Below, in pieces: positions 17,722 to 27,715 of a stretch of DNA of 64,000 nt (its first letter is position 1; each line of letters opens with the position of its first letter). Both the position numbers and the translations under genes were made by a program. The notes beneath the pieces were generated by a model, which was not told the origin of the DNA, ran no database searches, and saw only the letters and a list, made by a program, of their open reading frames with translations. Origin of the DNA: Candidatus Woesearchaeota archaeon (GTDB lineage Archaea; Nanobdellota; Nanobdellia; Woesearchaeales; JBJKQO01); assembly GCA_046705145.1 (NCBI GenBank), contig JBJKQO010000033.1:4023-68022 (forward strand), in the 5' to 3' direction.

Positions 17722-17841
17722 GCTATCATGGCTTAAGCATCCAAAACCAGTCGACGTCGACGAAAGATTTATAAATAAGAAAGTTTTGGATTAAGGAATT
17801 AGGGGGTTTTTGATAATCCTATAAAAGGAGGTTGATACAAA

Positions 17842-18075
17842 ATGGCTAAAAAAGTAGCAAAATGTGGAGTTAAAAAAGAGAAAGGATGGCTGTATTTTGT
17901 TGACAAACAAGGCGACGTGTCACGAGCAGAGATGGCTCGCGGCGGAAAGAAGAAAGGAAAGAAGAAGAAGGAAAAAGTCGCAAAAGTTGGTGTCAAGAAA
18001 GAATCAGGATACCTTTACTTCATCGACAAGCAAGGAGATATATCCTGCGCTAAGATGGCAAGAGGAAGAAAGTAA
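17842..18075 (+). CDS. small basic protein with two internal ~33-aa repeats
   Basis: VAKCGVKKEKGWLYFVDKQGDVSRAEMARG repeats as VAKVGVKKESGYLYFIDKQGDISCAKMARG. A strong AAGGAGGT Shine-Dalgarno sequence lies 8 nt upstream. Confidence 0.5.
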   Translation: MAKKVAKCGVKKEKGWLYFVDKQGDVSRAEMARGGKKKGKKKKEKVAKVGVKKESGYLYFIDKQGDISCAKMARGRK

Positions 18076-18100
18076 TTTTTCTATTCTATTTTTTTCTTTT

Positions 18101-18775
18101 TTAGATTTTTATTCTTTTTCTGGTTTCATCATATCTTTTGTTCAAGTCCCGAATCTTTTCAAGATCGTCGTCAGATAGGCCCCTTAACCTTTCAAGGATT
18201 GCCTTCTTGTCAAGTTTTCCTGAAAGCTCAACATAAGCTATATCCCTGACTTTTTCGGCAAGCATCTTCTGGCCGTCCCAGGGCAGATCTTTCCTTAACG
18301 CATCCATGTACTCGCGTATGACCTGATTGTTGTGCTGCATCTGCTCCAAGTCGACAAATACAGGCTTATCACCTAACAACATAATCATATCATCATCTTC
18401 ACGACATATTGCCTGGTCCAAAAGCAAGGTCTCCTTTTCAAAAATATCCTCATCCTTACAAGGATATGCCTCAAATGACCTTAATTTACCCTCTAAAAAA
18501 GCCCTTGCAGGAAACGCAAGGCAAGCCAAAGGCTTTATATCATGGATCTCACACTGCCCCTTAAGGAAAGGACAGGGTTGTTTCAGGCAGATCCTTGCCT
18601 GATAAAATAGAGGAGGGACAACAAGCATGGGGATTATGTCACAATATCTTTCAAAGAACTTCTCAGGAGCTATTTCCAGGCGGCTTGCAGCCCTAAATAT
18701 GAAGCCAGCCTCTACTGCAACAGGCATGAGCTTCTCCTTGCAGCAGGGCTTTTCCTTGCAGTTCTTGCAGTCCAT
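18101..18775 (-). CDS. YkgJ/UPF0153 family zinc/iron-chelating domain protein
   Basis: CKNCKEKPCC (CxxCxxxCC) with additional conserved Cys. Confidence 0.55.
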   Translation of the reverse strand: MDCKNCKEKPCCKEKLMPVAVEAGFIFRAASRLEIAPEKFFERYCDIIPMLVVPPLFYQARICLKQPCPFLKGQCEIHDIKPLACLAFPARAFLEGKLRSFEAYPCKDEDIFEKETLLLDQAICREDDDMIMLLGDKPVFVDLEQMQHNNQVIREYMDALRKDLPWDGQKMLAEKVRDIAYVELSGKLDKKAILERLRGLSDDDLEKIRDLNKRYDETRKRIKI

Positions 18776-18904
18776 GATATGGCTTTAAAACAGCAAAGTA
18801 TATATTATTTAGCATGATCCTTTGTTGTTACTACTTTAGAATGCTATAAAAACGAAAAGTTTAAATACTAGTTATACTACTCTATAGTGATATAATCAAA
18901 AAAC

Positions 18905-19045
18905 CAAAGGCGATCATGATCACCTCTTTTTCCCAGCAGAACGCTTTTCCTCGGAAAAGCGTTTTGCCGGGTTTTATAATCCTAATCACCTCTTTTCCCC
19001 AGCAAGAATCTCCTCGTGAGATTCTTGCCAGGGTTTTAACAATAG
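18905..19045. repeat. two tandem ~65-nt hairpin-containing repeat units
   Basis: tcacctctttt(t)cccagca + hairpin + tgccgggttttaWaat occurs twice. The hairpin arms differ but stay complementary (aacgcttttcc/ggaaaagcgtt versus aagaatctcc/ggagattctt). Confidence 0.5.
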
Positions 19046-19129
19046 ACTTCTTTAGAACCATTAAACAAACTGTTATTTCAAGAAAGAAAAAGAAAAGATA
19101 GAAAGATAATATAAAAAAAATTATGAGAC

Positions 19130-20785
19130 CTAATACATGTCTCCGCCCATACCGCCAGGCATTCCAGGAGGCATCCTTGGCTCAGGACCTTTTCCTCCTG
19201 CAATCACATCATCTATCCTAAGTATCATCTCTGCAACTTCTGATGCTGACGAGATTGCCTGGGTCTTGATCTTCAGAGGCTCTATAACGCCTGCTTTCCA
19301 GGCGTCAGTGACCTTTCCTTTAAAGACATCTATCCCTGCCCATTTCTGGCCCTTGTCATGCGCAGCCTTAAGCTCCGTCACTACATCGATAGGGTCAAGA
19401 CCTGAGTTTTCTGCAAGTGTCCTTGGCACGATCTCAACTGCCTCTGCAAAAGCCATAGCAGCAAGCTGCTCCCTTCCAGAAAGCGACTCTGCAAACTTCC
19501 TAAGCCCTCTTGAAAGCTCGATCTCAGGTGCGCCTGCGCCTGCAACAACTCCCTTGCTGTTGAGCGCTGCGACAATATCCCCTATTGCATCTTCCATCGC
19601 CCTCTTGATCTCGTCAATAACATGGGTTGTGGCCCCCTTAAGGAGGATAGTCACAGATTTAGGGTTCTTGCAGTCAGTGACATAAGTAAAAGAATCGTCT
19701 CCAACTCTTTTCTCATAGACCTCTCCTGCTGCTCCAAGGTCATCCTTTGACATGGTCTTTATTGAGTTGACCACTTTTGCGCCAGTAGCCCTTGCAAGAG
19801 CGTCCATATCTGATTTCTTGACCCTTCTAGCGACATATATGCCTTTTTTTGAGAAGAAATGCTGTGCGATGTCATCAACCCCCTTCTGGCAGAAGACGAC
19901 GTTTGCGCCTGTTGCAGTGATCATCTCAACCATGTTTTTAAGGGTCTTCTCCTCCTGGTCTATGAATGCCTGAAGCTGCGAAGGATCTGTTATCTGGATC
20001 TTTGCGTCTGTCTCAGGACCTTTTATCTCGATAGCTGAATCAACCAGCGCAATCTTTGCGCTCTTGACTGATTTGGGCATCCCTGAATGTACCCTTTCCT
20101 TGTCAAGAACGATCCCTGAGACCATCTCTGAATCCTCAACGCTTCCCCCGACGTTCTTCTCAAGCTTGACATTGTCCCTGTCTATCACTATCCTGTCGCC
20201 TTCCTTCTCAAGGACGTTCTTTATAGCCTTGACAGCAAGATCTGCAAGCCTCTCCTTTGATGATTCAGCACCTTTTCCGATCATAGCTGTCATTGCTATC
20301 TTCTTTAAGGTAGCCTCGTCTTTTTCAGAGACAGTCTCAGCTATCTTCATAAGTATCTCATGAGCCTTTTCAGCTGCCCTCCTATAACCTTTTACGATGA
20401 CAGTAGGGTGTATATCCTTGTCTATGAGCGCTTCAGCGTTCTTAAGAAGCTCTCCTGCGATTATGACCGCTGTCGTAGTACCGTCGCCTACCTCGTCTTC
20501 CTGCGTCTTAGCGACCTCAACTATCATCTTAGCAGAAGGATGCTCAATGTTTATCTCCTTTAGTATCGTGACGCCGTCGTTTGTAACTATGACATCTCCG
20601 AGAGCATCAACTATCATCTTATCCATGCCTTTAGGGCCAAGAGTTGTCCTTACTGTCTCGGCTACAGCCTTAGCTGCAAGAATGTTGTTGTGCTGGGCAT
20701 TTCTGCCAGTGGTCCTCTGAGTACCCTCAGGAAGTATAAAAATAGGTTGTATGTTATTTGACATCCGTATCACCCCGTTATTCAT
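19130..20785 (-). CDS. ths: thermosome subunit (group II chaperonin)
   Basis: [27 protein letters not shown] and a GGMGG C-terminal tail. The likely start is MSNNIQ at 20764, preceded by GGGGTGA. Confidence 0.9.
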   Translation of the reverse strand: MNNGVIRMSNNIQPIFILPEGTQRTTGRNAQHNNILAAKAVAETVRTTLGPKGMDKMIVDALGDVIVTNDGVTILKEINIEHPSAKMIVEVAKTQEDEVGDGTTTAVIIAGELLKNAEALIDKDIHPTVIVKGYRRAAEKAHEILMKIAETVSEKDEATLKKIAMTAMIGKGAESSKERLADLAVKAIKNVLEKEGDRIVIDRDNVKLEKNVGGSVEDSEMVSGIVLDKERVHSGMPKSVKSAKIALVDSAIEIKGPETDAKIQITDPSQLQAFIDQEEKTLKNMVEMITATGANVVFCQKGVDDIAQHFFSKKGIYVARRVKKSDMDALARATGAKVVNSIKTMSKDDLGAAGEVYEKRVGDDSFTYVTDCKNPKSVTILLKGATTHVIDEIKRAMEDAIGDIVAALNSKGVVAGAGAPEIELSRGLRKFAESLSGREQLAAMAFAEAVEIVPRTLAENSGLDPIDVVTELKAAHDKGQKWAGIDVFKGKVTDAWKAGVIEPLKIKTQAISSASEVAEMILRIDDVIAGGKGPEPRMPPGMPGGMGGDMY

Positions 20786-20875
20786 ATTTAGATTTTTTTG
20801 AAAATTGTCGTCTATACTACCATAATCAGCGAATTATAAGAGGTTTATAAAGGTATCTGTTTACTGATGATATTA

Positions 20876-22273
20876 TCATTTTTTTCCAACTTTAAAATAA
20901 ATCTGTACCCTTGTGTATCCCCCTTTTTTGCTTTGGGGATCCTCTTTTTTGCTTTGGAAATGGACTTCCCCCCCGCATGCACGGACTGATTGATATAATA
21001 TAAATCCCCCCAGGCCTAGATGGCCTGTTGAGTTTGATTTTACAATCCTGCTAAATGGGAAAGATAATATTTTTTGTTCTTCAGGATCCAGTCCTTTGCC
21101 ACTATCTTTGATCTCAACAACTAATGTTTCACTATCACACTGCATTGCAGATAGGGTTACTTTTCCAGGAGCACCGCCATATGATTCAACTGCATTGATA
21201 ACTGTTTCATTTAATGCAGTCTGGATTACTTCCTCTACTCCTTTTACAAAAGGCATTTCATTTATGCTTAACCCTGTAGAGGGATCATATTCTATTGTTA
21301 TGTTTTCTGGAATGGGTAATACGGTCCCGTTGTATCTTTTGATCCCTTTATTGCTTGTGAAGCCAGTTATAAGGCTGCCAATATCAGTATTACCCACACT
21401 TTCCATCTGGTGAGGCACATAATTTGAGTATTTTTTATATGTATCAACAGACTCTCTCAGTGACTTGATTATATCATCTATTTTTTGGGTCTTATCTAAA
21501 ATTTGTTCGGTAGTTTTTTGGTATGAGCTTATTTGTTGGTATACCCTTAATTTTGCAGCCTGTATTTTTTGTTGGTGCGATGGCAGAATTTGACGGATAT
21601 TCCTTATTAATGAGAAAATTCCTTTTGTATGGCCTAAAAGCTGGTCTAGTTCTGCTTGGGAATCTGAAAGGCGGGCACTTGTTTTTCTTAATTCTTCAAA
21701 ATAAGAATTAGAAAAGTATAGGTGTCCAAGAATCGCCCCGATTTTATTATTGAATGCTTCACCTATAAACTCTTTTAATATTGTATTTAAGAGACTGTAA
21801 GAGGCTGTGTTTTGAGCTTTTTTTTCTAATTCTTTTTTTTGAGTAATATCTATTCCATAAGCAACAACGCTTACGACTTTTCCCTCTTCTATAATTGGGA
21901 TCATAGAGCATTCTAGAATTAGTTTATCATGTAACTCTAATTCGGAATTTACGCAGGCTTTTGTCTCTATAACCCTTTCAAGTTCTGATCTGCATTGATC
22001 AGTAAGCCTATTTGGCAGTCCCGTTTTTTCAACAGAAAATCCTATTATATCTTCTGGTTTAAACCCAAAATAGGTTGTGACTGCGTCGTTTGCAAATTGG
22101 ACTATGCCGTTTTGATCATATACTATAATGGAAAATGGTAATTTGTTTAATATTTTCCTAAGATTCTCTTCTCTTTTTGTAATACTGGCTAATATAGTTT
22201 CTAAATCCATTATTCCTGCTTCTGGTCCTGATTGGTCCGGTGTTTCAGAATCACTCATATTATCCTCGGCCAT
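20876..22273 (-). CDS. PAS domain sensor histidine kinase-like protein
   Basis: PAS-like N-terminal half (IIVYDQNGIVQFANDA...) and a HATPase_c G-box (GHLGLGGFILYQSVRACGGEVHF). Confidence 0.55.
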   Translation of the reverse strand: MAEDNMSDSETPDQSGPEAGIMDLETILASITKREENLRKILNKLPFSIIVYDQNGIVQFANDAVTTYFGFKPEDIIGFSVEKTGLPNRLTDQCRSELERVIETKACVNSELELHDKLILECSMIPIIEEGKVVSVVAYGIDITQKKELEKKAQNTASYSLLNTILKEFIGEAFNNKIGAILGHLYFSNSYFEELRKTSARLSDSQAELDQLLGHTKGIFSLIRNIRQILPSHQQKIQAAKLRVYQQISSYQKTTEQILDKTQKIDDIIKSLRESVDTYKKYSNYVPHQMESVGNTDIGSLITGFTSNKGIKRYNGTVLPIPENITIEYDPSTGLSINEMPFVKGVEEVIQTALNETVINAVESYGGAPGKVTLSAMQCDSETLVVEIKDSGKGLDPEEQKILSFPFSRIVKSNSTGHLGLGGFILYQSVRACGGEVHFQSKKEDPQSKKGGYTRVQIYFKVGKK

Positions 22274-22512
22274 ATGGTTATCCTCTAAATTATTTAGAGA
22301 TTCTTGGTTAGCTCCCCCCTAATATACAAGAATAAAGGACCCATATTAAACATTTCGGAATCAGTGATGTTTTAAGGAAAGGATGATCAATTTAATATAC
22401 AAAAAAGTATACTAATATCTGTTTTAGGTTAATCAGAAGGTATTAGAAACATTTATATATTCCCGTTTCTAAAGACTTCATATAAACAAATTTCCAAAAA
22501 AGGGGGGTGGAA

Positions 22513-22653
22513 ATGGCAACTGCTAAAAGGAGACGGGTCTACGTAAAAGTCCGCGAGAAGTTCGACCTTGTCTCAGAGATCGAGAACTTGTGCCCGTGCG
22601 GGTCAAACCGCCCGTTTGACAGGTGCTGCGGCAGCGACATTCCGATGTATTAA
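22513..22653 (+). CDS. small SEC-C motif metal-binding protein
   Basis: 46 aa with CPCGSNRPFDRCCGS, which matches the SEC-C motif. A GGGGGGTGG Shine-Dalgarno sequence lies 4 nt upstream. Not in the ORF track because it is under 60 aa. Confidence 0.4.
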   Translation: MATAKRRRVYVKVREKFDLVSEIENLCPCGSNRPFDRCCGSDIPMY

Positions 22654-22711
22654 GGCAACTTAATCAGAAATTGTTATGCTTGTTCTTGTAGGTATAATTA
22701 TATAAGGCCAA

Positions 22712-22975
22712 ATAGGTTTTCGGCTGTGTCTCAAATCTTACTCTGCAAGGTCCGCATCAGCCTTTTAAGAAAAGTCTGGCGAAAACATAACGGGCGTGAA
22801 GCCCGTTGTCGCGGCTTTCTTATAAATCAGATAGCCGCGATGCATGACTTTATGTCATGCTTCTTTTGGTCCAGCTTTTGTAAAAGGTGGGGCTCGGCTG
22901 TGCTCCTGAAGTTACAAGTATCGTTGAAGCCCCGTAGGGGCCAACCCCCTCAACTCTGAGCACATTCATCAGAAG
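22712..22975. repeat. structured intergenic repeat, family C, copy 2
   Basis: Outer inverted repeat cggctgtgtctc...gagacacagcc. The internal ~110 nt is near-identical to copy 1 (ggctcggctgtgctcc...gttgaagccccg...cccctcaactctga...tgatgctgac). Confidence 0.6.
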
Positions 22976-23063
22976 AGCCTCGCAAATTGATGCTGACTAC
23001 ATTCGAGACACAGCCCAAGTTTTCAAAAACCTTTTATACTTATTCTGAATCAGTCATGTCAAC

Positions 23064-23735
23064 ATGAGTGACCAGCCCGACATAAGCAATATGAGCCCTG
23101 AGCAGATAGCTGAGATGCAGAAGCAGCAGTGCATATTCTGCCATATCGCAAGCGGGAGGGTCCCTGCAAAAAAGATTTTTGAGGATGACAAGTGCGTAGC
23201 AATTCTTGACATAAATCCTGCTGTCAAAGGACATGTCATACTCATACCAAAAGAGCATTATCCAGTAATGGCCCTAGCTCCTTCTGAGATCGTCAAGCAC
23301 ATATTCACGATAGCAAAAGCTGTCTCAAACACCCAGCTTAAGGCATTCAAGGAAGACGGAGTGGACGGTACAACTATCTTTGTCGCAAACGGAGCTTCTG
23401 CAGGCCAGAAAGCGCCGCACTTCATGGTCCACATAATACCAAGAAGGGAAGGTGACAAGCTGGAGATAAAGATACCTGAATACAAGGCGAACCAGGAACT
23501 CATGATGCAGGTAAGGACCAAGATGATCGATGCAGTGAGGAAAAAGCTGGGCTCAGCATACGAGATAAAAGAGATTGACAAGCCAAAGAAGGAAAGCAAA
23601 GCTGAAGAAGAAAAAGAGGAAGAACCAGAAGAAGATGAAACAGAGGATGCCATAGAATCCAAAGAAAACGAAGATAACGAAGAAAAAGAGGATGACGAGG
23701 TATCCCTTGATGACATCACAAAGCTGTTGAGATAA
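23064..23735 (+). CDS. HIT-like protein with a degenerate histidine triad (HxMxH) and a polyacidic C-terminal tail
   Basis: HIT fold motifs (CIFCHIASGR, NPAVKGHVILIPKEH); the triad reads GQKAPHFMVHIIPR. C-terminal tail EEKEEEPEEDETEDAIESKENEDNEEKEDDE. Confidence 0.55.
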   Translation: MSDQPDISNMSPEQIAEMQKQQCIFCHIASGRVPAKKIFEDDKCVAILDINPAVKGHVILIPKEHYPVMALAPSEIVKHIFTIAKAVSNTQLKAFKEDGVDGTTIFVANGASAGQKAPHFMVHIIPRREGDKLEIKIPEYKANQELMMQVRTKMIDAVRKKLGSAYEIKEIDKPKKESKAEEEKEEEPEEDETEDAIESKENEDNEEKEDDEVSLDDITKLLR

Positions 23736-23927
23736 ATTTTGCTGACAGCATCATAAGGTTTAGGCTTTTAATGTTTGTCAGCACAGAGGTCAGGGGTTGT
23801 CCCTTAAAAAAGCTGAGGCTTTTTTAAGTCCGCCACACTTATTTGGCGACACTTACGGGGCTTGACCGACACTGTCTGAAAAATACTCACAAGCCTAAAA
23901 GATGCTGACAGCAAAAAAAGAATAAAA

Positions 23928-24464
23928 ATGGCAGAATGCGAAATATGCGAGATCGCGTCTCATGACACCGCACTGAAACTTTATGAGGATGACAAGGCGA
24001 TAGCCATGCTTCATCCCCTGCCTTGCGCCTTAGGGCATATCATAGTCTTCACCAAGAAGCATTACCCTATAATAGAACAGATACCTGATTATGAGATAGG
24101 ACATATTGCAGACATCGCAAACAAGCTCTCAGTCATACTGTTTGAGAACCTTGGAAGTTCCGGAACAAACATAATTATCAACAACGGACTATCAGCAGGC
24201 CAGAAGTTCCCGCATGCAGTGATCGATGTAATACCCAGAAACGAAAATGACAAGCTAAAGCTGGACTGGGTTCCAAAAAAAGCAGAGGAAGCTGAGCTTG
24301 CAGATGTTGAGTTCATCCTCAAGGAGAACGGCAAGAAGATAGGCATAGTCGAAAGAGAGCCTGAAGTCCCTCTTGATATCGACAGCAAGCCGACAAAGCT
24401 AAATGACGAGACTGATGATCCTGAGAAGAACTACCTCATAAGGCAGCTAAGAAGGATTCCTTAA
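23928..24464 (+). CDS. HIT-like protein with a degenerate triad (HxVxD)
   Basis: CEICEIASH...GHIIVFTKKH...GQKFPHAVIDVIPR; only the first His of the triad is retained. Confidence 0.5.
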   Translation: MAECEICEIASHDTALKLYEDDKAIAMLHPLPCALGHIIVFTKKHYPIIEQIPDYEIGHIADIANKLSVILFENLGSSGTNIIINNGLSAGQKFPHAVIDVIPRNENDKLKLDWVPKKAEEAELADVEFILKENGKKIGIVEREPEVPLDIDSKPTKLNDETDDPEKNYLIRQLRRIP

Positions 24465-24488
24465 GCTAACCTACATGATACTCATTTT

Positions 24489-25208
24489 TCACCTTCTCCT
24501 AAACCCTGATATCCTTGAAGAAAGCCTGGAAAATGGGCTGTTTTGCTTTCTTGCCTGCTCCCTCAGCTTGTGATGCATATCTATCTTCTCTGCAAGATCG
24601 TTTAATGAAAGAAAGCCTTCATGGCCCGTCTCTTTTTTGTACAGGGTATTTTCGTTTTTTGAAACTGTAGCAGTATGACCCAGATGGGCTCTTAATCTCT
24701 CTTCTGATATTTTTTTGTTCTCAACTATCATATCTCTTTTCAGCCCATGGGCATCGTAATGATCGTTATGATGCACTATCTTGTCTGCTGCGTGGTGCAG
24801 GACCGAAAAAGAGTGTGGCAGCGGACCGACACTATGCTTCTTAACTATCTGATCCCTGACAATTTTAGGCGTATTGTCTTCATCTTCATTTTTTGCTTTT
24901 CTCCTAAAAACACTAAAACCTGATCTTTTTATCTTCAGAAATAATATCAATACGCCTATGATCGCTAATGGTATCCCTAATACTATCGCAATGAACCCTG
25001 CAAGAGGTCTTGACTCTGGATTATGATACGATGTCCCAAGCATAACCTCAAAATAATCCGGGACAAGGTCGTTATCGTCATCAAGATCCTTATAGTCAGG
25101 AGTGCCATCCTTATCAAAATCAGAGGCAGGACTATATGCGCAAAGCGAGATAGCTGAACATATCAAGAATATGACAGCGATAATCATTACAAGCCTTACT
25201 GATCTCAA
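24489..25208 (-). CDS. membrane protein with an acidic DxD-rich extracellular segment and a His-rich cytoplasmic domain
   Basis: Signal/TM helix, then DKDGTPDYKDLDDDNDLVPDY, a second TM helix, and His-rich HHAADKIVHHNDHYDAH. Confidence 0.45.
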   Translation of the reverse strand: MRSVRLVMIIAVIFLICSAISLCAYSPASDFDKDGTPDYKDLDDDNDLVPDYFEVMLGTSYHNPESRPLAGFIAIVLGIPLAIIGVLILFLKIKRSGFSVFRRKAKNEDEDNTPKIVRDQIVKKHSVGPLPHSFSVLHHAADKIVHHNDHYDAHGLKRDMIVENKKISEERLRAHLGHTATVSKNENTLYKKETGHEGFLSLNDLAEKIDMHHKLREQARKQNSPFSRLSSRISGFRRR

Positions 25209-25229
25209 CTGCTCACCTCCTCTAAACTA

Positions 25230-26120
25230 TCACAAAGTCCCTAAGATATAAAATATTATATTACCGAACCAGTAGCTAAAGATAAAACTGAGAAGTATGG
25301 CCGGGACAAAAGGTATGCCCTCTTTTACTTTCACAAACCTGATCTTGCCCCTAAGTCTCATCCCCTCCAGCAGCTTGATCTGCTCCTTTGTCAGCCCAAG
25401 GTCTTTTGGTCCGCATATCCTTTTCTTCCCATCTTTAACCTCTTCTGCCACCCAGTCCCCTTCAGTAAGCCTGTCTATGCCTACAGGCTTTATCATGCAT
25501 GACTTTTCAACTGCTTTTGCCGCAAGTACAGAATAGAAAAGGAAGATTGCGATAAGAAGCAAAGAAATGACTGAAAACCTCAAAAACCCGTCTATAAGAG
25601 TCCATGAAAGTATGATTACACACAGCGACAATACCGCAAGTGCTGCCCTTGCAATCTTCACATATTTCTTTGAGGCGACAGCGTTAAAGGCCTTTGAAAA
25701 ATCCTTCCAGTGCCTTACGGCAAGCACGATATTCCAGATTATCCCAAATCCGGCACCGATGAAGAGCAGGTTTACCACAAGAAGGGCTATCCCATGATCA
25801 AGAGACAGCCTAAATCCCATAATTGCGCCAAGCCCCATAAGAATCTTTGAGTCCCCTCCGCCCCACTGCCCTGAATAATACATGGCATATCCGAACGCAA
25901 CCATTATGGCAAGGCCTATCAGGCCTTCAAGAATTATGTGATAATCAGACAGGCTTATCGAAAATATAGCCCTTATCCCAAGCCCTGCTGCAATAAGGGC
26001 AAAGCTTAGCCAGTCAGGAACCTCCCTTGCCTTAATGTCATTTATGCTTGCTGCAACAAGTGCTGCAAGGCCTGCCAAAAACAGTATTATCCATTCCATC
26101 AATCGTGTCTTGACGAGCAA
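25230..26120 (-). CDS. A24-family prepilin/preflagellin peptidase (PibD/FlaK-like)
   Basis: Polytopic membrane protein with the first catalytic Asp region (SINDIKAREVPDW) and a GxGD motif (QWGGGDSKILMGLG). Confidence 0.65.
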   Translation of the reverse strand: MLVKTRLMEWIILFLAGLAALVAASINDIKAREVPDWLSFALIAAGLGIRAIFSISLSDYHIILEGLIGLAIMVAFGYAMYYSGQWGGGDSKILMGLGAIMGFRLSLDHGIALLVVNLLFIGAGFGIIWNIVLAVRHWKDFSKAFNAVASKKYVKIARAALAVLSLCVIILSWTLIDGFLRFSVISLLLIAIFLFYSVLAAKAVEKSCMIKPVGIDRLTEGDWVAEEVKDGKKRICGPKDLGLTKEQIKLLEGMRLRGKIRFVKVKEGIPFVPAILLSFIFSYWFGNIIFYILGTL

Positions 26121-26157
26121 ACCTTATAAACTTTGTCATATTTCTTCAGGTGCAAGA

Positions 26158-26895
26158 ATGAACATAAAAGACCTTTTCAAGTCAGTCCCTGAGATAAAGC
26201 TTAGAAAGACCAATATGCCAAACCATGTTGCAATCTTGATGAAAGGGACTCACAGCTACGCTTCTGAGAACAATATGACCTTAAAAGAGGCATTTGAAAA
26301 AGAGGTTTCAGGGCTTAAGAGATTTGTCGCTTCAACAGTAAAGCTTGACATACCCATAGTCACGTTTGGCATACAATCTTACCGTAAGGGCATGGAAAAC
26401 TTCTCAGAAGCGACAGACCTTATGGAATCCTACTTTGAGACCCTGCTGAGATGGGACTTCCTTCATGAGAACAAGATAAAGGTATACGTGATAGGCAAGT
26501 GGTATGACCTTCCCGGAAGGGTGGTTGACAAGATAAAAAAATTGATCTCAGACACAAAGGATTACGACTCTTTTTTCATGAACCTGTGCGTCAACTACAA
26601 CGGCCAGGAGGAGATATTAGACTCATGCAGGCTGATAGCAAGGAGTATCAGGGCAGAAAGGCTCGATCCCGAATCAGTGTCTCTTGAAACCATAAAAGAG
26701 AACATCTACACCTCCTATTTTATCCCACCAGACCTCATGATAATAACAGGGAAAGAACAAAAGCTTGACGGATTCATGCTTTGGGACTGCTCTTCCTCAA
26801 CGATCTACTTTGCTGACTCTCTTTGGCCTGATTTCGGAAAGAACGAGTTTCTTGCAGCAGTAGACTTCTTCCAGAAAAAAAGGGCAGGAATATAG
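26158..26895 (+). CDS. undecaprenyl diphosphate synthase (cis-prenyltransferase) family protein with a divergent catalytic motif
   Basis: UPPS family signatures CVNYNGQEE and ITGKEQKLDGFMLWD, but the N-terminal motif reads HVAILMKGTHSYAS instead of HVAIIMDGNxRWA. Start trimmed to MNIKDLF; the ORF-track start at 26035 would overlap the peptidase. Confidence 0.5.
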   Translation: MNIKDLFKSVPEIKLRKTNMPNHVAILMKGTHSYASENNMTLKEAFEKEVSGLKRFVASTVKLDIPIVTFGIQSYRKGMENFSEATDLMESYFETLLRWDFLHENKIKVYVIGKWYDLPGRVVDKIKKLISDTKDYDSFFMNLCVNYNGQEEILDSCRLIARSIRAERLDPESVSLETIKENIYTSYFIPPDLMIITGKEQKLDGFMLWDCSSSTIYFADSLWPDFGKNEFLAAVDFFQKKRAGI

Positions 26896-26976
26896 CTGAC
26901 TTGAGAATATATATAGTCATTAATTAGTAATAACAATATAGTAAGATTTATAAAAGACTTAAGAGCCACATAAAAC

Positions 26977-27669
26977 ATGTCAAATTCACAAAAAGCGATA
27001 AAAATAATATTAGATCGTTATGATAGTGATGATTACAAAGCGGGTATAGCATCAATAGCTTCAGAACAACAAAGAGTGTACGGTGAAAGCGACAAACCCC
27101 ATGTTCTTGCAGTTTTAAGTTGGATAGAAAGGTTATGGCCCAACCCGCCTGAAGCACTTCAGATTGCGGCTGTAGGCCATGACTGGGAAAGGGCTTTTGA
27201 AAATGAAAGGCATAGGCTAGAAGATTACCTCTCTGGAGATGGGGCCCCTTTGCAAGGAACATACAAACCTCACAAAGCAGCGCACTCCCAAAATTCTGCA
27301 AGAATCCTGGCAAGGGAACTAAAAGGCATACTCCCTCCGACTATGTTGCTTGACGTGTATTTCCTTGTATGCAACCATGAAACAGGGGGGATAGTCGGAA
27401 CTGACGGTCCCTTAACCATGCTCCTTGACTCACATACAAGAAGCTATAACCTCAACCTGGCAGCAGACATCCTACAGCAGGCAGACGCATTATCTTTTTT
27501 TGATATCCTGGACATATTCGCGAAGTGGAACCCTACTGAAAGAACTCTGCATAAGATCAGATATACTTTTGAAAAGATAAGAGACCCGATAATAAAACAA
27601 GAAATCATAGATAGAAAGTATGGGGATAAAGCGTTAGAAGAAATGATCAAGAGAGCTATCCCACTATAA
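26977..27669 (+). CDS. hypothetical protein
   Basis: 230-aa ORF with no confident motif (AAVGHDWER). Confidence 0.4.
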   Translation: MSNSQKAIKIILDRYDSDDYKAGIASIASEQQRVYGESDKPHVLAVLSWIERLWPNPPEALQIAAVGHDWERAFENERHRLEDYLSGDGAPLQGTYKPHKAAHSQNSARILARELKGILPPTMLLDVYFLVCNHETGGIVGTDGPLTMLLDSHTRSYNLNLAADILQQADALSFFDILDIFAKWNPTERTLHKIRYTFEKIRDPIIKQEIIDRKYGDKALEEMIKRAIPL

Positions 27670-27715
27670 CCTTTCTTAAGATATATTTAAATAATCCCTC
27701 CTCATTCTGTATTTT

